Source: Gemmatimonadales bacterium (GTDB lineage Bacteria; Gemmatimonadota; Gemmatimonadetes; Gemmatimonadales; GWC2-71-9). From it: a DNA stretch of 50,768 nucleotides. Shown in pieces: positions 18,535 to 27,683 of this stretch (its first letter is position 1; the number at the start of each line of letters is the position of its first letter). The notes beneath the pieces are model-generated. The model made no database searches, was not told where the DNA came from, and worked only from the letters and a program-made list of their open reading frames with translations. The stretch spans positions 1 through 50,768 of the forward strand of contig JBBQFH010000023.1 in the NCBI GenBank assembly GCA_038321865.1, read 5' to 3'. Both the position numbers and the translations under genes were made by a program.

Positions 18535-19502
18535 TCGCCCGTGCCCTCGCTGCCAGTCTGGCCCTCAGCCTGTTCCCGGCGGCCGCTCCGTTGGCCGTCC
18601 TCGAGTACCCGATTCCCCGGCCCGGGAACTTCCCGCACGATCCGGCGGTAGGGCGTGACGGGATCGTATGGTTCACCGATCAGGCCAACAGCTTCATCGG
18701 CCGGCTCGATCCCGCCACCGGCCGCATTACCGATTACCCGACGCCTACCCCACAGTCCGGCCCGCACGGCATCGTGGTCGCGCCGGACGGGGGAGTCTGG
18801 TACACCGCGCAACGGGTCGGCAAGCTCGGACGACTGGATCCCGCGAGTGGGCTGATTCGCGAATACGACGTGCCGGACGAAACCCGGAATCCGCACACGC
18901 CCATCGTCGTCGGCAGCAGGATCTGGTTCACCGACGGCAACAACAACAGCTACGGCTGGCTCGATCCCGCGACCGGGGAGACCCGCGCGTTCGTCGCCCC
19001 GACAGCGGGATCGATTCCGTACGGGATCCGCCTCGCCCCCGACGGCGCGATCTGGATCGCACAGCTCGGCACCAACATGCTCGGACGGGTGAATCCGGCG
19101 GACGGACGCATGACCGAGTTCACGCTCCCGGATCCGGGTGCGCGCCCCCGGCGCCTGGCGATCGGCGACGACGGGACCATCTGGTACACCGACTTCGCCC
19201 GCGGGTACCTGGGTGCGCTCGACCCCGCCACCGGCGAGGTGCGGGAGTGGCCGTCGCCGGCCGCCGCCAAGTCGGGACCTTACGCGATCGCCATCGGGAC
19301 GGACGGGCGCATCTGGTACAATGAATCCGGCACCAGCACGATGGTCGCGTTCGACCCGAAGACGGCTCGGATGGAGACCGTCGCCATCCCGACGCGTGGC
19401 TGCGTCGTCCGGCACATGGTGCTGGATGCGCCGCGCGGGCGGCTCTGGCTCGCGCTCAGCGGTACCGGGCGGATCGGGCGGATCGACCTGCCGCACGACT
19501 GA
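18531..19502 (+). CDS. Secreted Vgb (virginiamycin B lyase)-like beta-propeller protein
   Basis: GTG overlaps the sufE stop. Signal peptide followed by repeated P.GI...PDG.IW[FY]T....IGRLDP.TG blades. Confidence 0.82.
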   Translation: MIARALAASLALSLFPAAAPLAVLEYPIPRPGNFPHDPAVGRDGIVWFTDQANSFIGRLDPATGRITDYPTPTPQSGPHGIVVAPDGGVWYTAQRVGKLGRLDPASGLIREYDVPDETRNPHTPIVVGSRIWFTDGNNNSYGWLDPATGETRAFVAPTAGSIPYGIRLAPDGAIWIAQLGTNMLGRVNPADGRMTEFTLPDPGARPRRLAIGDDGTIWYTDFARGYLGALDPATGEVREWPSPAAAKSGPYAIAIGTDGRIWYNESGTSTMVAFDPKTARMETVAIPTRGCVVRHMVLDAPRGRLWLALSGTGRIGRIDLPHD

Positions 19503-19579
19503 TCGTGGGATCCGGGCGGTCGCCCGATTACCATTACGGCTCGCGAGCGCCCGGCGCTCTTCCTGCATGCGGAGGCATC

Positions 19580-20725
19580 ATCTCAGAGTCCGACCTGACC
19601 TCGCTCGGCATCCTCGAAATCAGCAACCGTGGCGCCGGCTTCCTGCGCCGGCGCGAAGAGAGCTATCTCCCCTCCCAGGGCGACGTGCACGTCGGCGAGC
19701 GGCTGATCCGGCAGTATCACCTGCGCACCGGCGACGAGATCAGCGGCGTCGTGGGCCGCGCGGGCAAAGGAAAGGGACCTTCGCTCGAGCGGGTCACCGC
19801 GATCGACGGACGCCCACCGGAATCGATCGGCGAACGGCCGGAGTACAGCCGCCTCACCGCGACGCATCCCAGCGAGCCGCTCAAGCTCGAGTGCGGCCTC
19901 ACCCGGCTGGGCCAGCGCGACTACACCGACCGCGTCATCGACCTGCTCTGCCCGTTCGGGAAGGGCACGCGGGCGCTGATCGTCGCGCCGGCCAAGGCGG
20001 GCAAGACGATGGTGCTCCAGGCGATCGCCGAGGGCGTGAGCCGGAACTATCCGGCGGCGCTGCTGCTGATCCTGCTGGTGGACGAGCGGCCGGAAGAGGT
20101 GTTCGAGATCGAGGCCGGCGGCTTCGGCGAAGTCGTGGCCTCGACGTTCGATCATCCGGCGGAGCGGCACGTCGCCGTCGCGGAACTCACGCTGGAGCGG
20201 GCCCGGCGGCGGGTCGAGCTGGGGGACGACGTCGTGCTCATCGTGGATTCGCTGACCCGTCTGGCGCGGGCCTACAACACGGTGGAGCGCGGCACCGGCC
20301 GGACGCTCTCGGGCGGGCTCGATGCCCAGTCGCTGGAGAAACCCAAGCGCTTTCTCGGCAGCGCGCGGAAGATCGACCCGGCCAAGGGCGGCGGGTCGCT
20401 CACCATCATCGCGACGGCGCTGGTGGACACCGGCAGCAAGATGGACCAGGTGATCTTCGAGGAGTTCAAGGGGACCGGCAACAGCGAGCTGGTGCTGAGC
20501 CGCGAGCTGGCCGAGCGGCGGGTCTTCCCGGCCATCGATCTGGTGGCCAGCTCCACGCGCCGGGAGGAGCTGCTCTTCTCCGCCGAGGCGCTCGCGGCCT
20601 CGCGGCAGATCCGCTCCCGCATCGCGGGGATGTCACCGATCAACGCCATGAACGACCTGCTCACCGACCTGCGAAAGACCCCGACCAACGAGGCGCTCGT
20701 GCGCTCGATGGCCGGGGTCGCGTAG
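19580..20725 (+). CDS. rho: Transcription termination factor Rho, short form; start uncertain (ATC 19580, CTG 19595 or GTG 19505)
   Basis: GILEI...GAGFLR and LRTGD (RNA-binding domain), APAKAGKT (Walker A), DERPEEV, DSLTRLARAYN, FKGTGNSEL and FPAID..SSTRREELL. Confidence 0.93.
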   Translation: MSESDLTSLGILEISNRGAGFLRRREESYLPSQGDVHVGERLIRQYHLRTGDEISGVVGRAGKGKGPSLERVTAIDGRPPESIGERPEYSRLTATHPSEPLKLECGLTRLGQRDYTDRVIDLLCPFGKGTRALIVAPAKAGKTMVLQAIAEGVSRNYPAALLLILLVDERPEEVFEIEAGGFGEVVASTFDHPAERHVAVAELTLERARRRVELGDDVVLIVDSLTRLARAYNTVERGTGRTLSGGLDAQSLEKPKRFLGSARKIDPAKGGGSLTIIATALVDTGSKMDQVIFEEFKGTGNSELVLSRELAERRVFPAIDLVASSTRREELLFSAEALAASRQIRSRIAGMSPINAMNDLLTDLRKTPTNEALVRSMAGVA

Positions 20726-20736
20726 GGCGGCGCGGG

Positions 20737-21846
20737 TCAGGCTGCCTGGAGCGGCTCCTGTCCGAGGCGCTTCAGCATACGGTAGTGTGAGCCGATGGCG
20801 GCCATCAGCGTCGGGTGCTGATTGTACGGAATCCGGTACTTCGTGGCCACCTCTTCCACGATCGGGCTGATGGCCGGATAGTGGACGCTGCAGGTCCGCG
20901 GGAACAGGTGATGCTCCACCTGAAAGTTGAGCCCCCCCACATACCAGCAGAGCAGCCGGTTCCGGCGCCCGAAATTGGACGTCGTCTCCATTTCGTGCAC
21001 CAGCCACGCATGCTCCATCATGCCTTCGGGGTCGGGCGCGGGATAATCGGTCCCCTCGACCACGTGGGCCAGCTGGAAGACGACGCCCAGGATGAGCCCG
21101 GCCGTCAGGTGCATCGCCAGGAAACCGATGGCCACCTGCCACCAGGGAATCGGCAGCAGCAGCAGCGGCAGCGCGACGGCCCAGGTGTAGTAGATCAGCT
21201 TGGTGATGACGAGCGTGACGATCTCGCTGCGCGGGTGCTGCTTGTTCTTGTAGGGGCCGAGGTCGCGCTGCAGGAAATACTTGTAGTCCTTCACGAAGAC
21301 CCAGAAGAGGGTCGACATGCTGTAGGCGGCGAAGGCGTACAGGTGCTGATAGCGGTGGATCGGCTTGTACTCGGAGGACGGCGAAAGGCGCAGCAGCGGG
21401 GAGACGGTGAGATCCTCGTCGATCCCTTCGATGTTGGTGTACGTGTGGTGAATCACGTTGTGCGTGATCTTCCACATGTATCCGTTGGCGCCGCAGAGGT
21501 CGAAGGAGAGCCCGATCAGCCGGTTGACCCACGGCTTCGAGGAGTAGGCGCCGTGGAGTGCGTCGTGGGAGACGGAAAAACCGATCCCGGCGAGCCCCAC
21601 ACCCATGACGATCGCGAGTGCCAGCATCGGCCAGGCGGCAAGCCGGCCGCTCATGATGACACCGTAGGGCACAAACGTCAGCGCAAGCAGCGTGAACGTC
21701 TTCAGCACCATGGCGCCGTTGGCCTTCTCCGACAATCCCCGTGCTTCGAAATACTCGGCGACGCGCCGCTTCAGCTCCTCCGCGAACTTCGCCGCATCGC
21801 GCGGAGGCGCGAACGTGATCTTGGCGGGGGCTGCAGCGACGCTCAG
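20737..21846 (-). CDS. Membrane fatty acid (acyl-CoA/linoleoyl-CoA-type) desaturase; probable CTG start
   Basis: Three His boxes HDALH, HNVIHH and QVEHHLFP. Conserved N-terminal F..ELK.RV..YF. The only nearby candidate start upstream of that motif is a CTG overlapping the rpsU stop. Confidence 0.9.
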   Translation of the reverse strand: MSVAAAPAKITFAPPRDAAKFAEELKRRVAEYFEARGLSEKANGAMVLKTFTLLALTFVPYGVIMSGRLAAWPMLALAIVMGVGLAGIGFSVSHDALHGAYSSKPWVNRLIGLSFDLCGANGYMWKITHNVIHHTYTNIEGIDEDLTVSPLLRLSPSSEYKPIHRYQHLYAFAAYSMSTLFWVFVKDYKYFLQRDLGPYKNKQHPRSEIVTLVITKLIYYTWAVALPLLLLPIPWWQVAIGFLAMHLTAGLILGVVFQLAHVVEGTDYPAPDPEGMMEHAWLVHEMETTSNFGRRNRLLCWYVGGLNFQVEHHLFPRTCSVHYPAISPIVEEVATKYRIPYNQHPTLMAAIGSHYRMLKRLGQEPLQAA

Positions 21847-22043
21847 CGGGCCGCCCGTCCGCGGGCGTCCTTGCGCTGGCGCCGCTGCGCGGCCGCCGAC
21901 TTGAGCTGGCGCGCCTCGCTCGGCTTCACGTAGTACCGCTTCTGCCGGAGTTCCTTCAGAATCCCCGAGCGCTGCATCTTCCGCTTGAACGCCTTCAGCG
22001 CCCACTCGATGCTGTCGCTGTCGGACAACTTGATCTCGATCAT
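21843..22043 (-). CDS. rpsU: 30S ribosomal protein bS21
   Basis: SIEWALKAFKRK...GILKELR...YYVKPSE. GGGAG SD. Confidence 0.93.
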   Translation of the reverse strand: MIEIKLSDSDSIEWALKAFKRKMQRSGILKELRQKRYYVKPSEARQLKSAAAQRRQRKDARGRAAR

Positions 22044-22087
22044 GTGCTCCCGCTTCCAGTGAGTGACGTTGCTTCGGGTCCAACGGA

Positions 22088-22117
22088 GCGGGGCCGCCCG
22101 CTTCCGGGCGGCCCCGC
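22088..22117. repeat. Perfect 13-bp inverted repeat (hairpin) between csp and rpsU
   Basis: GCGGGGCCGCCCG-CTTC-CGGGCGGCCCCGC. No clear U-tract on the transcribed strand. Confidence 0.8.
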
Positions 22118-22145
22118 CTTCACTTCGGCTTCGGCGAAGGGCGGA

Positions 22146-22355
22146 TCAGCGAATCTTGACGACGTTCTCCGCCGCCGGGCCCTTCTGGCCCTGCACGATA
22201 TCGAACTCCACCGCTTCACCCTCGGCGAGGGACTTGAAGCCCTGTCCCTGGATGGCCGAATGATGCACGAAGCAGTCCTTCTGGCCGTCGTCCGGAGTGA
22301 TGAACCCAAAGCCCTTCGCGTCGTTGAACCACTTCACCTTGCCGGTGGTACGCAT
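22146..22355 (-). CDS. cspA: Cold-shock protein (CspA family)
   Basis: [15 protein letters not shown] (RNP1), CFVHHSAI (RNP2) and [10 protein letters not shown]. Confidence 0.96.
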   Translation of the reverse strand: MRTTGKVKWFNDAKGFGFITPDDGQKDCFVHHSAIQGQGFKSLAEGEAVEFDIVQGQKGPAAENVVKIR

Positions 22356-22532
22356 CACGGTACTCGCTTTTTGCTGTTGTTGTCGGAGTCCGGTGGTGCC
22401 GTACGTGCCGACAGGTTGATGCGCGGAAGGATGTTCCCGCGCCGCTCGCCAACGAACAGGGGACCCGGCGCTCGCCAGGTCCCCGATAACGCTGGTTCTC
22501 GGTCAGCTGAAGCCGCCTTCCCGAGCCCTGCA

Positions 22533-22561
22533 AATCTACGATAAGCCCGGGGAGGTGTCAA
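22533..22561 (-). promoter_or_regulatory. Sigma70-type promoter for csp-rpsU-desaturase
   Basis: Minus strand TTGACA (22561-22556), 17-nt spacer, TAGATT (22538-22533). Lies in the last codons of the MATE gene and implies an ~170-nt 5' UTR. Confidence 0.75.
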
Positions 22562-23948
22562 TTGGGCGCCCTGGCCGTACGCTGGCTGGGGCCGGCTCGT
22601 CGATCTGCACCCTCGCCAGCTCCCGCCGGAGTCTCCCGCGGAGCCGAACCAGCAGTCCGACGCTCACGACAATCAGCCCCACCACGACACCCCACCAGAG
22701 CCCCCGGGCGCCGAGCGGGGTGCGAAAACCCAGAAACAGGCTGACCGGCAGCCCGAGCAGCCAGAAACCGAGCAGGTTCATCGCGAACGGCGCCCGGGTA
22801 TCGCCGACACCGCGCAGCGCGCCGATGCCCACCACCTGCAGGCCGTCGAACACCTGGAACACGCCCGCGATCGGCAGCAGCACCGACGCGAGCGCCACGA
22901 CACCGGTCTCCTCCGAATACACCCGCGCCAATGGCCCCGGCATCAGCAGGAAGACCAGCGCCGTGAGGACCATGAACCCGACGCCGAACACCAGAGCCGT
23001 CCGGGTGGCCCGGCGGGCGCCGGCGGCATCCCCCCGCCCCACCGCCCGGCCGACCAGGACCGCCGCCGCTCCCGACACCCCCAAAGGCACCATGAAGGTG
23101 AGCGAGGCGAGGTTGAGGGCGATCTGGTGGGCGGCGACCGCGACCGTCCCCAGCCGCCCCATCAGGAGCCCGATGGCACCGAACACGCCGAACTCGAGCT
23201 GCATCTGGGCCCCGATCGGAGCACCCAGGGCGAATATCCGGCTCAACGGCTGGAGCGCCAGCGTCTCGGGCCGCCAGCGGGTGAGGTGCGGCGCGAGCGC
23301 CGGCCAGGCGAGCAGCGCGAGACCGAGCGTCATCGCCCACCGGCTGATGGTCGTGGACCAGGCCGAACCGAAGGCGCCGAGGGCCGGCGCCCCCCAGTGG
23401 CCGTAGATCAGGAGCCAGTTGAGGCCGACATTGAGCAGGTTGGCCGCCACGATGGCGGCCACGATGGCGCGCATTCGCCCCATCGCCTGGAGGGACTGGC
23501 GCAGGACCGTGAAGGCAAGAAACGGGAAGACGCCGGGAATCTCGCGCCAGACGTAGCCGCTCGCGATCGGCACCACCAGGTCGGGCTGCCCCAGCAGCAC
23601 GAGGGCGGGACGGACGGTGAGCAGAATGAGCGAAATCGGTATGGCCAACCCGATCGACAGCAGCAGCCCCCGCTGCAGCGCGCGGCCGATGGCCGGCTGA
23701 TCGTCGGCACCGACCGCCTGCGACACGATCGGGTCGAAGGCCAGCAGCACGCCCATGCCGAAGATCGCGCCGGCGAAGAAATAGACGTTGCCCAGCGCCA
23801 CGCCCGCCAGCGCGGCGGCCGAGAGCCGGCCGACCATGATCGAATCGACGACGCCCATCGTCATGAGGCCGACCTGCACCGCCACCACCGGCAGGGCCAG
23901 CTGCAGCAGCTCCAGAGCCGCAGACCGGGATGGAATCAGGCGTCGCAT
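22536..23948 (-). CDS. MATE family efflux transporter (NorM-like)
   Basis: LALPVV, VDSIMVGRL, AAHQIALNLASLTFMVPLG, FQVFDGLQ and GALRGVGDTR. About 12 hydrophobic segments. Confidence 0.93.
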   Translation of the reverse strand: MRRLIPSRSAALELLQLALPVVAVQVGLMTMGVVDSIMVGRLSAAALAGVALGNVYFFAGAIFGMGVLLAFDPIVSQAVGADDQPAIGRALQRGLLLSIGLAIPISLILLTVRPALVLLGQPDLVVPIASGYVWREIPGVFPFLAFTVLRQSLQAMGRMRAIVAAIVAANLLNVGLNWLLIYGHWGAPALGAFGSAWSTTISRWAMTLGLALLAWPALAPHLTRWRPETLALQPLSRIFALGAPIGAQMQLEFGVFGAIGLLMGRLGTVAVAAHQIALNLASLTFMVPLGVSGAAAVLVGRAVGRGDAAGARRATRTALVFGVGFMVLTALVFLLMPGPLARVYSEETGVVALASVLLPIAGVFQVFDGLQVVGIGALRGVGDTRAPFAMNLLGFWLLGLPVSLFLGFRTPLGARGLWWGVVVGLIVVSVGLLVRLRGRLRRELARVQIDEPAPASVRPGRPIDTSPGLS

Positions 23949-24054
23949 CGCGACAACTTAGCGGGGTCCGTTGCGGCTCGCCGCCAGGCCGGAGCTGCCT
24001 TTGCAGCGTTCGGCGCCGGGCGTAGGTTCAGACCACCTCGCATCAGGATACCGA

Positions 24055-26721
24055 GTGCCCGATCCCGAATCCACGCGCCTCCAGGAGGACGCCCGGCGCC
24101 AGAAGAACTGGCGCAGGTGGGGGCCTTACCTCTCGGAGCGCCAGTGGGGGACCGTGCGGGAGGACTACTCCGCCGACGGCTCGGTCTGGGCATCGTTCCC
24201 GCATGAGCATGCCCGCAGCCGTGCCTACCGCTGGGGCGAAGATGGACTGCTCGGCATCTCCGACCGCGAGGGCCGCCTCTGTTTCGCGCTCGCGCTCTGG
24301 AACGGACGGGACGCCATCCTCAAGGAACGCCTCTTCGGGCTGACCAACCCGCAGGGCAACCACGGAGAGGACGTCAAGGAGTGTTACTACTACCTCGACG
24401 CGATACCGACCCACGCCTACCTCCGCGCCCTCTACAAGTATCCCCAGGCCGCCTTTCCCTACGATGATCTCGTGGCGGAGAACGCACGTCGCGGGCTCGC
24501 CGATCCGGAATACGAGCTGACCGATACCGGCATTTTCGACAGCCACCGCTATTTCGACGTCACCGCCGAATACGCCAAGGCGGGACCGGACGACATTCTC
24601 ATTCGCATCACCGTGGCCAACCGCGGACCCGAATCCGCGGCGATCCATGTCCTGCCCACGCTCTGGTTCCGCAACACCTGGTCGTGGGGACGGAGCGGCG
24701 AGGGCTATCCCGGCCGTGGCTGCCTCACCCGCGAGGCCAACGACACGATCATCTCCCGGCACCCCACACTGGGCGAGCATCGGCTGGCGGTCGGTCTCGG
24801 TCCCGAAGGCGAAGCGGAGCTGCTCTTCACCGAGAACGAGACCGACGCCGCGCGTCTCTTCGGCGGTACCAACGCGTCCCGGTTCGTGAAGGATGCGTTC
24901 CATGAGCGCGTGGTCAGCGGCCGGGTGGAGGCGGTCAATCCCGCCGGGAGCGGGACCAAATCGGCCGCCTGGTATCGCTTCACCATCCCCGCCGGGGCGG
25001 AGCGCACGATTCGCCTCCGGCTGACCGCCGAGGCGGAGCGCAAGGGCCCGCCGTTCGGGCCGGGATTCGACCGGCTGTTCCAGCGGCGCCGCCAGGAGGC
25101 CGATGCCTTCTACGCCGACCGGATTCCCGACGCGGCGGGGCCCGACGAGCGGCGCGTCGTCCGTCAGGGGTATGCCGGATTGCTCTGGTCCCAGCAGTAC
25201 TACGGATATGTGGTGAGTGACTGGCTCGCCGGTGATCCGGCCAGCCCGCCGCCGCCGGTCGAGCGCCTGGCCGGACGAAATGCCGACTGGACCCATCTCT
25301 ACAATCGCGACGTGATTTCGATGCCCGATACCTGGGAGTATCCCTGGTACGCGGCGTGGGACCTCGCCTTCCACATGATCCCGTTCGCCGCCGTGGATGC
25401 CGATTTCGCCAAGAAGCAGCTGGTGCTGTTCCTCCGCGAATGGTACATGCACCCGAGCGGCCAGCTGCCGGCGTATGAGTTCGCCTTCGGCGACGTGAAC
25501 CCGCCGGTGCACGCGTGGGCCTGCTGGCGGATCTACAAGATGACGGCGGCGCGCGGCGAGCGTGATCACACCTTCCTGGCACGCTGCTTTCAGAAGCTGC
25601 TGCTCAACTTCACCTGGTGGGTCAATCGCAAGGACGTGAACGGCCGGCATATCTTCGCCGGCGGCTTCCTCGGCCTCGACAACATCGGCGTGTTCGATCG
25701 CTCGAAGCCGCTGCCCGGCGGGGCGACGCTCGAGCAGGCGGACGGCACCGCCTGGATGGCGTTCTTCTGCGCCACCATGCTCTCGATGGCCCTCGAGCTC
25801 GCCACACACGATCCGGCATACGAGGACATGGCGTCCAAGTTCTTCGAACACTTCATCGCCATCGTCGATGCGATGAACGCCGTCGGCTCCCGTGGCCTGT
25901 GGCACGAGGAGGATGGGTTCTACTATGACGAAATGCACGTCGGCGACCTCGAGGTGCCGCTCCGGGTCCGCTCGATGGTGGGCATCATCCCGCTCTTCGC
26001 CTGCGAGGTGCTCGAACAGGACGTGATCGACCGCCTGCCCGGCTTTGCCCGCCGAACCGAATGGTTTCTGACCAACCGGCCCGACCTCGCCCGCTACACC
26101 TCCTATATGGAGGCGAGGGGCACGGACGGGCACGGCCACCGGCTGCTGGCCGTCCCCTCACGCGAGCGGCTGGAGCGCGTGCTCCACTACGTTCTGGACG
26201 AGAATGAATTTCTTTCACCCTTCGGCGTGCGCTCCGTGTCCCGGGTCCACGAGGCACATCCCTTCGTGCTGGAGACCGCGGGCATGACGCACCGGGTCGA
26301 CTACGAGCCCGGCGAAGCGACGACTCCGCTGTTCGGCGGCAACTCCAACTGGCGCGGCCCGATCTGGTTTCCGCTCAACTACCTTCTCATCGAGGCACTG
26401 GAGCGCTACCACCATTTCTACGGCGACGACCTCACCGTCGAATGCCCGACCGGATCGGGCCATCGCATGACCCTTGCCCAGGTGGCGCGAGAGCTTCAGC
26501 GGCGGCTGGCGCGCCTGTTCGCGCGGGATGCGGCGGGCGCGCGGCCGCTCCATGGCGATGATCGGCGTTACGCGGACGATCCGCACTGGCGCGACCTGAT
26601 CCTCTTCTATGAGTACTTTCATGCGGAGACCGGCCGGGGGCTCGGCGCCAGCCATCAGACCGGCTGGACTTCCCTGGTGACCGGCATGCTATGCGACCTC
26701 GCAGCCAGCAGGAATCGATGA
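24055..26721 (+). CDS. GH63/MGH1-like glycoside hydrolase
   Basis: WGPYLSERQWGTVREDYS, GNHGEDVKE, MPDTWEYPWYAAWDLAFH, GGFLGLDNIG, NSNWRGPIW and GLGASHQTGWT. GTG start at 24055 chosen. Confidence 0.9.
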   Translation: MPDPESTRLQEDARRQKNWRRWGPYLSERQWGTVREDYSADGSVWASFPHEHARSRAYRWGEDGLLGISDREGRLCFALALWNGRDAILKERLFGLTNPQGNHGEDVKECYYYLDAIPTHAYLRALYKYPQAAFPYDDLVAENARRGLADPEYELTDTGIFDSHRYFDVTAEYAKAGPDDILIRITVANRGPESAAIHVLPTLWFRNTWSWGRSGEGYPGRGCLTREANDTIISRHPTLGEHRLAVGLGPEGEAELLFTENETDAARLFGGTNASRFVKDAFHERVVSGRVEAVNPAGSGTKSAAWYRFTIPAGAERTIRLRLTAEAERKGPPFGPGFDRLFQRRRQEADAFYADRIPDAAGPDERRVVRQGYAGLLWSQQYYGYVVSDWLAGDPASPPPPVERLAGRNADWTHLYNRDVISMPDTWEYPWYAAWDLAFHMIPFAAVDADFAKKQLVLFLREWYMHPSGQLPAYEFAFGDVNPPVHAWACWRIYKMTAARGERDHTFLARCFQKLLLNFTWWVNRKDVNGRHIFAGGFLGLDNIGVFDRSKPLPGGATLEQADGTAWMAFFCATMLSMALELATHDPAYEDMASKFFEHFIAIVDAMNAVGSRGLWHEEDGFYYDEMHVGDLEVPLRVRSMVGIIPLFACEVLEQDVIDRLPGFARRTEWFLTNRPDLARYTSYMEARGTDGHGHRLLAVPSRERLERVLHYVLDENEFLSPFGVRSVSRVHEAHPFVLETAGMTHRVDYEPGEATTPLFGGNSNWRGPIWFPLNYLLIEALERYHHFYGDDLTVECPTGSGHRMTLAQVARELQRRLARLFARDAAGARPLHGDDRRYADDPHWRDLILFYEYFHAETGRGLGASHQTGWTSLVTGMLCDLAASRNR

Positions 26722-27437
26722 CCACGACACTATCGATCGACATCGGCGGGAGCCGCCTGAAGGCCTCGGTCCTGGACGACGCCGGCCAGTTTCTGGTGCC
26801 GCCGGTGCGGGTGGATACACCGCACCCGGCCGATCCGGCCACACTTGTCCAGTCACTCACCGACCTGGTCCAGCCACTGCCGCGATGGGACCGCGTGTCG
26901 GTCGGCTTCCCGGGCGTGGTGCGCGACGGTGTGATCCGCACTGCGGCCAACCTTGGCACCGATGTCTTCCGGGGTTTCGATCTCGCCACCGCATTGACGG
27001 ACGCCCTCAAGGCACCGACCCGCGTCTCCAACGACGCCGAGGTCCAGGGACTCGCCGCCGTCTCGGGCAAGGGGGTGGAACTGGTGATCACGCTCGGGAC
27101 CGGATTCGGCTCGGCGATCTTTCTGAACGGCCGCACCTGTGCGCACCTCGAAATCGGCCATCATCAGTTCCGGAAGGGGCGTACCTACGAGGAAGCGATG
27201 GGAAAGCGCGCGCTCGACAAGGCCGGCAAGCGCAAGTGGCGGAAGCGGGTGCACCGCGCCATCGCCCAGTTGAAGACCCTTACCGACTTCGACCGGCTCT
27301 ACATCGGCGGCGGCAACGCCCGGTTACTGGCGGATGAAGACCTGCCCGGCGATGTCTCGCTGGTGGACAACACCGACGGCATTCTGGGTGGCATCAGGCT
27401 CTGGCAGGACGAGCTCATCAACGGGAGGACGACATGA
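26718..27437 (+). CDS. ROK family sugar kinase, polyphosphate glucokinase-like
   Basis: IDIGGS, VGFPG, NDA, TLGTGFGSA, HLEIGH and LYIGGGN. ATG overlaps the upstream stop (ATGA). Confidence 0.87.
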   Translation: MTTTLSIDIGGSRLKASVLDDAGQFLVPPVRVDTPHPADPATLVQSLTDLVQPLPRWDRVSVGFPGVVRDGVIRTAANLGTDVFRGFDLATALTDALKAPTRVSNDAEVQGLAAVSGKGVELVITLGTGFGSAIFLNGRTCAHLEIGHHQFRKGRTYEEAMGKRALDKAGKRKWRKRVHRAIAQLKTLTDFDRLYIGGGNARLLADEDLPGDVSLVDNTDGILGGIRLWQDELINGRTT

Positions 27438-27679
27438 CCGAGACACGGACCGAAGAACACGTGGTCAGCGGCGAAGGGCTGGTCGCACGGGTCAAGGAGC
27501 TGATCCGCGAGGGCAACGTGCGCCGCATCAGCATCAAGAATGAGGAAGGCCGGACGGTGCTGGAAATCCCGTTGACCATCGGGGTGGTGGGAGCGGTGCT
27601 GATGCCCGCGTTCGTGGCCCTCGGCGCCATCGCGGCGCTGGCATCCCACCACACCGTCGTGGTCGAGAAGGAGACCTGA
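27434..27679 (+). CDS. DUF4342 domain protein
   Basis: VKELIREGNVRRI.IK...G.T.LEIPLT.G followed by a hydrophobic tail. GGAGG SD and ATGA overlap. Confidence 0.85.
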   Translation: MTETRTEEHVVSGEGLVARVKELIREGNVRRISIKNEEGRTVLEIPLTIGVVGAVLMPAFVALGAIAALASHHTVVVEKET

Positions 27680-27683
27680 GCGA

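Noticed and set aside
18531..19502. Calling this a streptogramin resistance gene
   Set aside because: Only the propeller repeat is recognisable. It has a signal peptide and no resistance or mobile-element context.
19138..20790. 550-aa ORF overlapping rho, with an ATG at 19567
   Set aside because: Arg-rich off-frame translation with no motifs. The Rho frame explains the sequence.
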